From Callorhinchus milii (Eukaryota): 64,000 bases of DNA. The position numbers were made by a program, and so were the translations under genes. Shown here one piece after another: positions 27,590 to 40,262 of the stretch. Numbering within the stretch: the stretch's first letter is position 1; the number at the start of each line of letters is the position of its first letter. The notes below the pieces were generated by a model. The model searched no databases and was not told the origin of the DNA. It saw only the letters and a list, made by a program, of their open reading frames with translations. The stretch lies in contig NW_024704743.1 of the NCBI RefSeq assembly GCF_018977255.1, positions 102,116,001 through 102,180,000 on the forward strand, read 5' to 3'.

Positions 27590-27890
27590 TACATTGTTCC
27601 AGAACCAATAGCAAAGCGGGAGGTCAGGAGATTTTTTTTACACATGCCGGTTTAGAACAACAAATGCTCTGAAAAACAATGGTTGAAGTAGAATCTATAA
27701 TATATATGATTGAAGGAGAATTGTATGTATGAAAAATATAGACAAAATGGTGTGTGTGTGTGGGGTGGGGGGAGGGAGGTGGTGGCAGGGGAGGTCAGAG
27801 TGATGAGACCAAATGGATAAACTTTCAAAGAGGCAGCACAAGATGATGGACTGGGCCAAATGGTCTGCTTCTATGCTGTCAAGTTCTGAT
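27590..27890 (+). mobile_element. CR1 LINE 3' end, degenerate
   Basis: aggagatttttttacaca...ctttcaaagaggcagcaca...gggccaaatggtctgcttctatgctgt. Confidence 0.65.
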
Positions 27891-28680
27891 GCTAACTAGC
27901 ACTGTGTGCTTTAAAGCAAACTATGTACGACAGGTACAATTTTGCACCGTATTCAAAGTATCTTAACCTAAATTGATTCTGCACCAGTTGGAGAACGTGA
28001 CAAATTGAAATGCCTTAAATGCTCTCGAACAAAATCTTGGCTTGAGATAAGGCACTGAAAAAAAGAACCATCTTCACCCTGTCCCACTTGGTCTCATTGT
28101 AAATTGCCTTATCGTGATCTGGGTGAGGATCCAAAACGATCTGAAATGTATGCTTACCAGTGTTTTGTATTTGGTTCCAGTATATCTTAAACTGTCACTA
28201 TGAACTACTGCTCCTGGGAGCTTCTCTTCATGACATAGATCTTTCTGGTTGCAGTAACATTCTGTTTAATGTATGAATTATCACAAGTTTCACACAGTGG
28301 CACAATTCAATGCATTTTTTGAAACAGCTAGAATGATATGACAGATCAGGAGTCCTTGAAAACATAATTGATTGAGTATTACTTGAATATTGCTTTAAGC
28401 ACCCCAGGACCCAATCCCACGTGAAGGATGCTATATAAATGCATGTTGTTTTTGATAAAGAATGCACTTCTAAAGTGAAAACAATTCTTACATATTAGCT
28501 CTTTGTTCTGACCATCTAACATCAAGATGTAAACTGTTGTCCCTCCAACTCCTGAATGCTAAACTATTGTGAGTATGATTACAATTCAAAATCATTTGTG
28601 TGCTGTCCTGTTTTGGGTTGGATATTTAAAGGCAAATTGAAAATATGGATTGCTATCCACTGAAAATGTTGCGTTAAACT

Positions 28681-29722
28681 AATAATAATCCTTATATTTG
28701 ATACAGTGCCATGGGATCTATAACGTCCATCTGAATCGGCAGATAGAACCTTGGTTTAATCCAAAGGACAGCGTCTCCAACAACGCAGTGCATCTCCTGC
28801 ATTGTATTAGAAGGACAGCTTAGACTGTGAGCTCAAAGTCTTGATGTTGGGCTTGAACCCACAACCTTTTCTCCCTCACATCCGCACCACAACTGGCACC
28901 GCCTTCCATCACCTTCGGAACATCGCCAGACTACGTCATTACCTCACCCCTCACGCTGCTGAAACCCTGGTCCACGCCTTTGTCACCTCAAGGCTGGACT
29001 ATGGGAACTCTCTCCTCGCCGGCCTTCCCGCCACCTCCCTCCACAAGCTGCAGGTCATTCAGAACTCTGCAGCTCGTGTACTGTCCCGCACCAGGCTTCG
29101 CGACCACATCACTCCCACCCTCGCTCGCCTCCACTGGCTCCCCATCCCCCAGAGGATTGATTTCAAGATCCTCATCCTCACCTACAAGGCCATTCACAGC
29201 CTTGCTCCCTCCTACCTCTCCAACCTACTATCCCCCTACCTACCTGCCCGTACCCTCCGTTCCTCTGGCTCTGGTCTGCTCCACGTCCCCCGCCCCAACC
29301 GCCCTACCATCGGTGGTCGGGCCTTCAGCCTCTCAGCCCCCAGGCTCTGGAACTCCATCCCCCAGTGCCTTCGCCTTGCTTCCTCCCTTTCCTCCTTCAA
29401 GGCCGGTCTCAAAACCTTTCTCTTTAACCGTGCCTTCAGCTCCCCTCTCGACTCTCTTCCCCCTCCTCGCTCCCTCCCTTCCCTCCCCTCACCCTGACCA
29501 TTTCCCCCTCCTTGCTCCCTCCCTTCCCTCACCCTGACCATTTCCCCCCTCCTCGCTCCCTTCCCTCCCCTCACCCTGACCATTTCCCCCCTGCTCGGGT
29601 CATGACCCAACTGTGCAGCGCCTTGGGACATCCTCCTGACGTGAAAGGCGCTTTATAAATGGAATCTTGTTGTTGTTGTTGTTGTTCTGACTCAGAGGGA
29701 GAGTGTTACCAACTAAGCCAAA
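28681..29722 (-). mobile_element. SacSINE1-like SINE split by an L2 insertion
   Basis: gaacccacaacctt (to 28868) rejoins ctgactcagagggagagtgttaccaactaagcc (from 29687). Confidence 0.85.
28867..29686 (+). mobile_element. Young L2 LINE, 5' truncated, open ORF2 C-terminus
   Basis: ORF 28841..29497 open through the L2 portion; 3' UTR repeats, hairpin, (TTG)n tail. Confidence 0.97.
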
Positions 29723-30278
29723 AAAAGCAAGGAACATTTTCAGGAATGTCATAATTCTGACTTCTAAAAGTTTCAAAACTACATTAATAGTCTCAGCTAA
29801 ACTCTATTCTCTATAATTTATTACGAAACATGGGGAAATTTATCATGCTATCAGTCAGTTTTGTCAATATCATGGATATAGATAATCACAGTAAATCCCT
29901 AATATAACCAATAAAAGTATTGTCATGGGTATATCTATCTGTCACAAAGTCATTTTACTGAGTTGAAGGAATTAAAGTTTCTCTATTATCGGGATTATAG
30001 ATTCAGCTATAGTATCATTTGTGTGTGGAGAGGGATTGAGTCATCTTATGCTTCACAATGTTCAGCTCTCTTATTCAAATGTATTGTTAAGTAATGTTCA
30101 CATATTCATGAATGAATGAGACATTTGAATTAGCTCAGTCTATTAATATTTGCCCTGTGCCCTGAATAATAAAATATATGTCCTATGTCAAATTGAATCT
30201 AACAGAGATAAATTATGTTTTATGCTATGTCATCGGAAAATACTGATGGCCTGACAGGCAGATCCTGGATCACTCACA

Positions 30279-30717
30279 TAATAATAATCCTTGCGTTTGA
30301 TATAGTGCCTTATGACACCATTAAGATATATCAAAGTGCTTTACAGGATATACTGAAAAGTAGATTGACTGTATATTTTGTGGGTGAATTGCAGCAGCCA
30401 GTTGCACGCAGCAATGTACCACAAACAACCATGGAGTGAGTGACCAATTTTATTTTGGGGGATTGTTGGCCACAACGTCGGGAGAAACTTCTTTCTCTTT
30501 TCGATTAGTGCCATGCAATCTTTAATGTGCACCTGAACAGGCTGATACGACCTAGGTTTAATGTCTCTTCCCGGTGGTGTCACCTCTGACAATACAACAC
30601 CCACACTGGAATGGAATGTTATCTTAATATATATGATTCCAAGTCCCAATGTTGGCCCTGAACCCACAGACCTCTGACTCAGAGGCAAGAGTGCTACCAC
30701 TGCGCCAGACTGATACA
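30279..30717 (-). mobile_element. SacSINE1-like SINE, near full length
   Basis: Head ctctgactcagaggcaagagtgctaccact, Deu-like body, (TTA)n tail. Confidence 0.88.
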
Positions 30718-30924
30718 CCTAATTAGATGACAATGGGGCAATCTCAGTTAGCTATCCAGCCACTTTGTATGACTGTCTTAAATTATTACTCCCATTCTCA
30801 ATGTACAGTCAATCCAGTGAGTCCAGTGATCAGCAGAGAATCATTTGATAAACCAAAAATTCTAACCTGATCTTTATAAATCATCCAAGCATTTAATATC
30901 GCGCCTTCTCATGCCTAAGGACCT

Positions 30925-31051
30925 TCCTGTTCAACAATACCTACCTTCACCTCCCCCTTCCCACTGCTCGGTGTTGTGCTCCGCCACTGTCAAGTGCTCT
31001 GGGACGCTATCCTGCATCAAGGATGCTATATAAATGCAAGTTGTTGTTGTT
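30925..31051 (+). mobile_element. L2 3' UTR fragment, older subfamily
   Basis: gtgctctgggacgctatcctgcatcaaggatgctatataaatgcaagttgttgttg. Confidence 0.75.
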
Positions 31052-32565
31052 GATGAAAATGTCTCAAATAGATTTTTTGCTGTCAAGTTCAGTGTTCGGT
31101 GACTGTATTTCAAGAAGAATTTTTTACCCGTTTGCTTACAAAATAATCTATTTTGTTTACACTAAATCCTGCAAAGTGTAATGAGATGTTTGGACAAAGT
31201 AATAAGATGCAATATTTGCAATATCAAAAGCAAAGATTGTATTTATGTAAAAACAGCAGCCTTGCTGAGCAGGAATTCAAGAGTTGTGTCAATCATTTTC
31301 AGTCAGCTTTGGTATGAAAGGAGCAATATTAAATCTAAACATTATTATTATTGTGAATATACTTCTGAAATCTCAATGTTAAATTTCTGCTGTTCACTAA
31401 ATATAACACCTGCAGTACCAGGCTATGTCAATGCTGAACAATAGCATAAAATGCCCAGTAATTCAATTTGTTTCTATTTTTTGCCCTGTGTGACAAATTT
31501 TGGCCAAGGGTGACAAGACTAAATCATCAAAGGTAATATGAAGTGGAAGTCTATCATTTTCAATCTGACAAGGGAAAAATTGGGGCACCTGGTGCTTGAC
31601 ATTCGTTAGGCAAGCAGAGATGAACCTGGCATCATCAGATTTATTAAAAAAAAAGTCAAATTGATATAGTTTTCACTGTTTCAAAACACAACTTAAAGAC
31701 CGCACTCACTGGCTATCCTCAACTAATGTCTTAGGTTCTTCATGTTCAGGACTTTTCCATGGTTATGAATATTTGAATTTTGTATGGGCTTTGTGCTGAA
31801 ATAATCCCCCCATAGTGATCATTCAGCCAACTGCTCTGTGAAATTGATTCTTTTCAAATTGGAAACACAGTTATAAAATAAAAGAATTTTATTGCATCCA
31901 ATCTGAAACAAGAGCAAGGTAATTTATAGTCCTTTCCTTCTGAAATGAAAAACCTATGGCCCACAGGAGTGTGTTTTCCACAAACAGGCATACACAGGTA
32001 TTTCTCTAGAGGTGTTGAACTTGACAAATTGAAGCTGATATGGTTACACTTTATGTTAATGTAAATGCATCTTACATATCTTACATGAAGAGAAACAATA
32101 TTTGACTGAGCTCCCACAATAACTCACCGTACTGGATAGGGGGATTCCAGATTTGATCATCGATCAGTCCTCTATGTTAGCTGATCCCTCTTTAGAATAG
32201 CACTGGTCACAGTATTACAAACTTTCTCGCAAATAACTTCAAGGTGCATAAAATTGGAAAACAATCTGATGATTTACTGTGGAAGAAGGAAAAAAGTTTT
32301 CAAAATATCCATCATATAGCCACTTGTACCACAGGGTAGACAATTACGACTTGTTATCTTAAACGGGTAGTGTCCACCAGAATGTTTTTCTAATTTTCCT
32401 TTTGTTTCTACTCATGCATGAATGTTATTGACAGGAGGAAAATCCACTTTAGAAAAACTTACCAGTTGGTTGGAGTTTCTGAATGTGCACGTGGATTATG
32501 GCACTGGGAGAAATATATCAATTTGTAATGCTGTTTGTTGTTTGGATCCATTTTCCTTGGGTGAT

Positions 32566-32922
32566 AGGCTGGCTTAGTAGTGATCTCGCCTGCAAGTCAG
32601 AAGGTTGTGGGTTCAAGCCCCATATCGGGCTAGGGACTGAAACTCATATAGTCTAAGCTGATACTCTGACGCAGTAGTGGGGATATCATGCATTATCAGA
32701 GGTGCCATTGTTTGGATGAGACAACCTCCTGGTGCCCTGGCCAACAATCACCCAGATAAAATTGGTCAATCACATTATCGCTCTTTGTGGAATATACTGT
32801 GTATAAATTGGCTACCATGTTTACTTAACAAATACACTGTTGCTGTGTATCCTGTGAAACGTTTTCAAACAGCCTCGTTACTGGGGAGGTGCTATACCCA
32901 AATGCAAGGATCATTATTATTA
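32566..32922 (+). mobile_element. SacSINE1-like SINE
   Basis: agtcagaaggttgtgggttcaagcccc head; tail aaatgcaaggatcattatt. Confidence 0.82.
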
Positions 32923-33024
32923 CATAGCATTGCAAGCTTAGACTATATTATACAGCATTGCAAAAGCTGTACGTCAGCTTTTGCACCAAGTAGAATGTCA
33001 AGACATTTGAAAAATGTAAATTAA

Positions 33025-33210
33025 ACAACAACTTGCATTTATATAGCACCTTTCATGCGGCGTAGTGTCCCAGAGTGATTAACAATGGCAGTGCTTGATG
33101 CCAAGCTGGGGAGAAGGGTGAGGTGAACATAGGCACGGTTGAAGAGAAGGGCCTTCAGGTGTGATCTGAAAATGGGGAAGGAGGAGGCAAGGTGGGGAGG
33201 GATTGAGGCA
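33025..33210 (-). mobile_element. L2 3' end, older subfamily
   Basis: acaacaacttgcatttatatagcacctttca...gttgaagagaagggcctt. Confidence 0.8.
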
Positions 33211-33594
33211 CTCAAAGTTCTAGTGTGGTCCTTAAACCTGATCCTCAGACGAGAGTGCTACCAACTAGGCCAAGCTGACAGCTGACTAAGTTTGGATTTA
33301 TCAAAATGTGGCAACAGTAATTGACTGGCATTTCTGGCAGTGCTTCTGTCATTGTACAACTGTGTTGCTTTGTGTTTGAGGAAAACTCATATGAGAACCT
33401 GTGATAGTGAAATTGCCTTTAGCTAGGTTTGTTTCAAGTTCATTGGTTTCAAACATACTTTTTTTTTCTGAATATAGAACTTATGCCATATATGCTTCAA
33501 GCCTTTCCAGCAATATGCAAAACAAATACAAATTTGTTGCATTAATTGTGACTTTGCGAATATTTGGAGCTGTACCATATATGTGACTTGTAAA

Positions 33595-34605
33595 ACAACA
33601 ACGCCTTGGAGGAACTCCCAAGGCGCTGGACAGTCAGAATTTCGGACCTGAGCTGGGGGTCGGGATTGAGGAGGGTGGAGGGCAAGAGGGGAAGCAGGAA
33701 GATCGAAACAATGGTCGCAGAGGAGGGTCTTGAGATGGGTCTTGAAGGAATCAAGATGGTGGGATGGAGTTCCAGAGGGTGGAGCCCACCAGCCAATAGT
33801 GGGGTGAGCGAGGGTGGGACGTAAATCAGGCCAGAGACCACTGAGCAGAGGGACCGAGCAGAATAGTAGGGGGTTAGGACGTCACAGAGATAGGGGGTAG
33901 CAAGACCTGGAGGGCTTTGAAGGTGAGGACCAGGATCTGTATCCAATGGGAAGCCAATGGAGTCGGGCGAGGATGGGAGTGATAGCATCATGGAGCCTGG
34001 TACAGGAGAAGACACGGGCTGCAGGGTTCTGGATAATCTGCAGCCTATGAAGGGAGGAGTTGGGGCAGCTGACAAGCAAGGAGTTTGGATAGTCAAGCCT
34101 CGATGTAATGAAAGCGTGTATGAGGATTTCGGAGACCTGTGGAGTGAGACAGTGGCGGAGCCGGGCAATGTTGTGGAGGTGCTGGAAGGCAGAGCGGGTT
34201 GGGTAGAAAGGATTCAAACAAGATGCCAAGGTTCCGGACTGGCTTAGTAAGGTGGAGTGTGCAACCATGGATGGTGATGCTGTCAGCGCCTGAGATGAGG
34301 AGGCGCTGACAGGAGCCAATCAGGAGAGCCTCGGTCTTGTTGACGCTCAACTGAAGAAAGTTAGCTCTCATCCAGGACTTAATGTCTGACAGACATTCTG
34401 TCAGGACAGCAGAGGTCCTGGAGTCAAGGGTGGAGGCAGAGAGGTAGAGTTGAGTGTCATCCGCATACATGTGGAAGTTGACCCCATGTCTGCGAATGAT
34501 ATCACCAAGAGAGAGCATGTAGATATTGAAGAGGAGGGGACCACGAACAGAGTCCTGAGGAACATCTCAGGAGATGGTGCGAGGGCTGGAGGAGAAACTG
34601 TTTGT
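33595..34605 (-). mobile_element. L2 LINE, 5' truncated (~1 kb)
   Basis: [17 protein letters not shown] in ORF 34093..34518; [12 protein letters not shown] in 33882..34319. Confidence 0.95.
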
Positions 34606-35058
34606 TAATCATGAAATAGTTAATCATGAAATACGCAGACTTTCGGGATTCGTAACTTACAAATCTCATGAAATAAACCGTAACAACAAACGTATTGCAA
34701 CATAGAAGTCACAATTACAAGATCAACCCAATTTACAAATTTAACATTTCCTTATTCATAGACCTTGGGTGCAGCTCAGTGTTTCTGAAGTCTGAAATAA
34801 TGGTGGAATTATAGACAGATCTAAGAAAAAACTATATATACATGGAGGGAAGAAAATAGAAGGGTATGGGAGGGAATAAGGAGTGGGTGGAGATTCGTGT
34901 GGAGTATGAACACCAACACGGACTATTTGGGACCAATGGCCTGACCATCTGCTAAAACTAGTTATTTCCACCAACAATACACAATGCCTTTTTAAACATA
35001 TATGTTCAATGTAGCAAGTTTAGTTTACATTTACAATATATCTTTCATAAAATCACTT

Positions 35059-35387
35059 ATAATAATAATAATAATAATAATAATCCTTGCATTTGATATA
35101 GCGCTTTTCACGTCGGGAGGACGTCCCAAAGCGCTTCACAGAACAGACTGTAAAGTGAATTGACTATATTTGTGGGCGAACGCGGCAGCCAATTGCGCAC
35201 AGCAATGTCCCACAAACAGTCGTAGATTGAAAATGACCAATTTAATTATTGTTTTTGGTTTTTTGGGGGGGATTATTATTAGGCATGTGGAGTAAGGAAA
35301 CTTACTCAAGGTTTCGCCCTGCCTGGGATTGAAATCAGGTCTCTCACTTGCAAAGCGAGCGCTCTAACCACTGAGCTACAGGATTCC
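35059..35387 (-). mobile_element. Young full-length tRNA-Ala SINE with TSD
   Basis: Near-identical to 55259-55580; cacttat at 35054-35060 and 35387-35393. Confidence 0.97.
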
Positions 35388-36989
35388 ACTTATGGGAAGC
35401 TTTCAATGATTCTGACCCTCTCTGGAACTCCACCCTATCCCCTCCCCTTCTGATTTTAAAACATGCCTTTTAAAACCGCTTCAACCACACTTTCAGTCAC
35501 CTTCCCACCCCTACCCCCAGTTTAGGCTTCTAGTCAACTGTGAAAGGGGCTATAGAAATGTAAATTATCATTGTTGTTGTTTCTCACTTTTCAATTTACT
35601 AATACAGGGAAGATGTGTTACGGTCTGTTTCCCACAGATACCTGGCACAATCCTATCTCTAAGTTCATAAGTTTGTGCTGCTCTGTTTCATCTTCATTAC
35701 TCAAAAATTTCAGCAAGACACTGCAAGCAGCCAACTGTGAGCAACTTTAATATATTTACTGTCAGTAGTGGAAAATCATACCGCAATGTTAACACTTTCC
35801 AAAGGGGAAATCAATAGTGTAGCAAAGGTATTGCAGCCTGCTTAGAGATAAAGAAAGGATAATGAAATCATAATTGCTATAGTTTGATGGCTGTTCTCCA
35901 GGTGCATTTTCCCATGTGCAATATTGCTGTATGTTTCCTCTGTGTAATTCTCTACTAAATTGCTCAACAAGGCAACTGCGTTAACAGAAGTGCAATTTCC
36001 CCCAATTCAAATTTGTATTCAAATTAGCTTTGATATCGGAATATGGTAATGTCCCAACCTGAGTAAAATTAATGTGTACTGTTATAGCATCAGATTTTAT
36101 TATAATGGAATTTCTGCACCAATTGAAATCTGTCAGTTGTGTACACTGAGTGTGAGTTTGGCTCATCGGTTTATCATGCCAGGATTCCATTCATTAACAT
36201 TAGGATTGCTAACGCAGTACATTGGTTTTGCCATTAACTTGTAAAATAGCACCACTTTTACCATTAATTTAAAGCTTGCTCTTCAGAAACAAGGTAATAG
36301 AAATGTAAGTGTCCAACATGAATTCAAATCCATACAAACAAAAGTAAAAGACTGATCTACTAAACACTACAAATAGTTGGCACATAATGATTTGGTTGAC
36401 TGATTTTTTTTTCACCCACTCTGAATTAGTGACAGAGCTTTCCTCACAAAGCAGGTAGTCTGTAGTTTAGAAAGTTTCCTTTATTTAAAATATTGAAGCA
36501 TATTTGGGTACAATCTGGTATTTTAATACATCAGAAGAGGAGAAAGCATGGACCACGAAAAGGCCATTTGGACCATTAATTTTGGTCAAAACACTATTAA
36601 TTATATCTCTTCAAGTTCCACATTTCTACTTCATGTTATTTTATATTAATTTTGACCAACCACGTTCCACACACAATTTACCCACCCACTCCATCTACTT
36701 AATGAATGTTCTTTACAGCTTTTCCCTGAAGCCCCAACAATAACCAATCAGAACTATTCTATTTGAAATATGCAGAAATTGATTTCCACTGCTATTATAA
36801 TCCCACTTATTCATACCATTAATTTACATACCTACTGCTGTTGATAACAAATAGTTCTTGCAAATTTATCTCCCCATATCATCTCTATTTAAACCCAACC
36901 TCCATCTTTCCTCACACATGGGTATATTTCATCTCAAAGTTTCTTGTCTTCCTATTTGACCCATGCAGTTATGATTCTGATGTATGCTC

Positions 36990-37202
36990 ATGCCAGTTTG
37001 GCTCAATTGGAAGCAATCTGGCCCCTCTGGGGTTTGCCCTGTTTATTCAAACCTCAAATTGGTACTTGGGCTCATAATCTAAATTGACTCTCCAGTGTAG
37101 CACTGGAGAGCAACATATTACCAGACAGTTCTCCAGGATATGACATTAAACCAAGGTCTTGTACTCCTGCTTTCAGATGAATGTTAGAAATTCCATAACA
37201 CT
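36990..37202 (+). mobile_element. SacSINE1-like SINE 5' half, old
   Basis: ttggctcaattggaagc...acattaaaccaaggtc...cagatgaatgttagaaattccataacactattt. Confidence 0.6.
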
Positions 37203-38124
37203 ATTTAATAATTCATAGATTTGGTATAGCGCCTTTCACATCGAGAGAACATCTCAAAATATTTCCAGCATTCCGGATTCTATTTTCAGTTTTGGGAGTT
37301 TTTTTTGTCTTTTTACCTGCAAATTTTAAAATATGTAATGAAGAAATGCTGGCTGAATAATGGAATGATCTAGTTTGACAGAGAACAAAGTTCCCAGTGA
37401 AAAATTGTTTATCATTACATTCACTTACATTGTGCACTATCTTTGAGCTTTCAAGCCCTATTTCTATTCTGTTACAAAGCTAATGAAAACCTCTCACAGA
37501 TATATATAAAAAAAAACTTTCATTATCTCTGCCTCTTGCTCTCTGGGTAACTCGTTTGGCATGGTAGTTGTTTCCTTTGCTCTTACTTTTGCAATTTAGT
37601 CAGAAATAGAGCTACAGAAATATATTATATTGCTAAGAAGCAATCAAATTTATGAGATCTATATCTGTCCAAAAGGTACGTGAAGAACTAAATAACCAAG
37701 ACCCCAGCGAGAATTCAGTTCTTATTCTATACAAATAAATAATGATCAGTTGTGACCACAGCCTATCAGTGTAGATGTGATGTATTTGCCGTTATCTGGG
37801 TTAACTGTTGCACTATTTTCAAAGTACTAAAATGATATAATTATGTGATTTTAAAAGGTCCTTAAGTATGAATGACCTTTCCTGCTGTTCAATATATCTT
37901 TATTTTGTGTTGGACTAAAGCATTCTATGCCAAAGAATTTTTTTTATATGAAGAATAATTTCACGGTATTGTGTTAAAGGTTCCATCTTCACATAAAGCA
38001 ATTTGTGACATGATAACTTGAGTAGGCATAGCTGATTGAGTTTAATGTGCAATAATAAATGTCACCGGTGCAAAGAAGTTGGATGTCAAAGCTTAGAAGT
38101 AACCTTTTGCAATGATGAATAATT

Positions 38125-38225
38125 TCCTTTCTTCTTCTCTGCCTTTATTCCTGCTTCCCTCCCACTCTGCCCCGTTCCCGCCCTCCCTCACACCCTCCCT
38201 CCCTCCCTCCCTCTCTTTCTCACTC
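38125..38225. repeat. Polypyrimidine low-complexity tract with (CCCT)n
   Basis: ccctccctccctccctccctctctttct. Confidence 0.8.
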
Positions 38226-38767
38226 TAGGATATCAAGCCATATTACTTTTGCTATTCATACCCATCTGAATGTCACTGATTAAAACCTCTGAACATTTCA
38301 AAAGAAGATGGACAAAGCTGAAAGCAATCAATAACATTGTACTCATAAGATAATCACAGTATAGGGAAAAAAACACAGCATGGCTCCATGGTGACATGAT
38401 ACTCAATGAACTAACAACGAGCCTTAAAATTGACTCAGAAGACCGCTCATTATTTAGTTTCCTCTGGAAACTACGGACAAGGAGTTTTACATACTCATCT
38501 GTGAGAATAAAGACTCCAGGAAAAAAGGAGCGCACTGTCTGAAAAATTGGTGTTAATGAAATGCTGGGGTTGATGACAAGAAAATGGAAAGCTGACAAAC
38601 TCGCAACAAGCTTTTATGGCTGATCATTTAAGGCATCTGGGGCTGTTTTTGAGACTGTTTCAAGTTAATCCAGTTTCGAGAAATATGGGCCCATAAGTTT
38701 ATAATCTTACCACCAGGTCTGGAAATGTGAACTATAGTCTACAAATGCGCAATCTGTTTACTTGACA

Positions 38768-39080
38768 GTAATAATAATAATCCTTCCATTTGATAGAGTG
38801 CTTTTCATGTCTTCTAGACGTCTCAAAGCACTTCACAGAATATACTGTAAAGTGAATTGACCTTATATTTGTGGGTGAAACATGGCAGCCAATTGCGCAG
38901 ACCAGTGTCCACAAACAGTTGTGGATTGAAAATGACCAATTTATTATTGTTTTGTTTTGGAGGGATTATTATTAGGTGTGTGGAGTAAGGAAACTTGCCC
39001 AAGGTTTCGGCCTGCCTGAATTGAACCTAAGGTGTCTCACTTGCAAGTCGAGTGCTCTAACCACTGAGCTACAAGACTCC
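38768..39080 (-). mobile_element. Full-length tRNA-Ala SINE with 7-bp TSD
   Basis: Head ggagtcttgtagctcagtggttagagcac on minus; cagtaat at 38766-38772 and 39083-39089. Confidence 0.95.
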
Positions 39081-39977
39081 TCCAGTAATTGGGTGTGAAG
39101 CACTTGAAGATGTTTTGATGTTATAGGCCCTGAAACAAATACAGATATTATTGTTGCACTAAGGAAACCACAGATTTGTAAATAGGGAATCCCGCTTGTG
39201 TCGTGAGTGAATCTTTGATTATAGCTTTGACTTTTGTGAAGTTGGCACCTTAGCACAGTTCCAAAGAATTCCCTGTTTACAAATCCTTTAGCAAATCTCA
39301 TGATTTAAGACTTCGAAGTGGTCTATAACGGAGTCAACTTTAGGGTCCAAATGGTATTTATCACACTGAATGGGATGGAGACTGGCATTTTCTAATTGTG
39401 TTTATAATAATAATGATCAAAATCCTTACATTTGGTATAGCAGCTTTTAAGTTGGAAGGACTCCTCAAAGTGCTTCACATGATGTACTGTAAGATGGAGT
39501 GACTGTGTGTTTTGGAGAAAAAATGTATTTAAATTTTCATTCAGATAACTATCAGTGTAGCAAATCCAGAAATACTCCTCAGATCAGAAGGCAGACTGTG
39601 AGGGGAATCAAAGGACATTTCAACAGTTTTCATCTGTTATGGAGAATTATGGAATAAAAGGCAACAAAGGAATGACTCATAAAAGATTCAGTCTGCATGG
39701 AAAGCATTATAGAAGTTGTTATGGAATACTATTATGAACTCATTAAACCCACAAGGTGCAAAGGGATGTAAATCAATCAGACTTCCAGATGCCAACAAAA
39801 GTTTGCAATAATTATGCAAAAATATTGGAAAGTGTCAGAAAAACAATTCCAACAAATGAGTTCTTGAAGATGTTGAACAGTGTCTGCAATCAATGGGAAA
39901 TAATAAGAATACTACTTGTATTTGATATAGCATCCTTAATGTCAGGGGGACATCTCAAAGTGTTTCACAGGATTTTC

Positions 39978-40262
39978 AGATGAGATGTTCAACTGAGGTC
40001 CTGTCTGTCTGTCCAGGTGGGTGTTAAAGACCTCATGACACTATTTAAATTGCAAAGAGAGTTTTTATTGATATCTTGGCCAAGAAAATCCTCCACATAA
40101 AATTAGTTATTCACTTCATGGCTGTTTGTGGGACATTTTGAGCACAAATTGACTATTGTGTTCACCCACAAAATACACACAATCATATCACTTTAAAGTG
40201 TACAACATTTTGAGATGGCTCAACAACATGATAAGGCACAGTACCAAATGCAAGGGTTATTT
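39978..40262 (+). mobile_element. SacSINE1-like SINE 3' two-thirds
   Basis: cagatgagatgttcaactgaggtcc...cttcatggctgtttgtgggaca...aaatgcaaggg. Confidence 0.8.

Noticed and set aside
29455..29595. CRISPR-like repeat array
   Set aside because: Head-to-tail low-complexity units with no unique spacers, no cas genes, in a vertebrate LINE 3' UTR.
38233..38598. 121-aa minus ORF and a strong plus-strand acceptor at 38228
   Set aside because: No recognisable domain; the acceptor is a by-product of the pyrimidine tract and all plus frames stop within ~60 nt.
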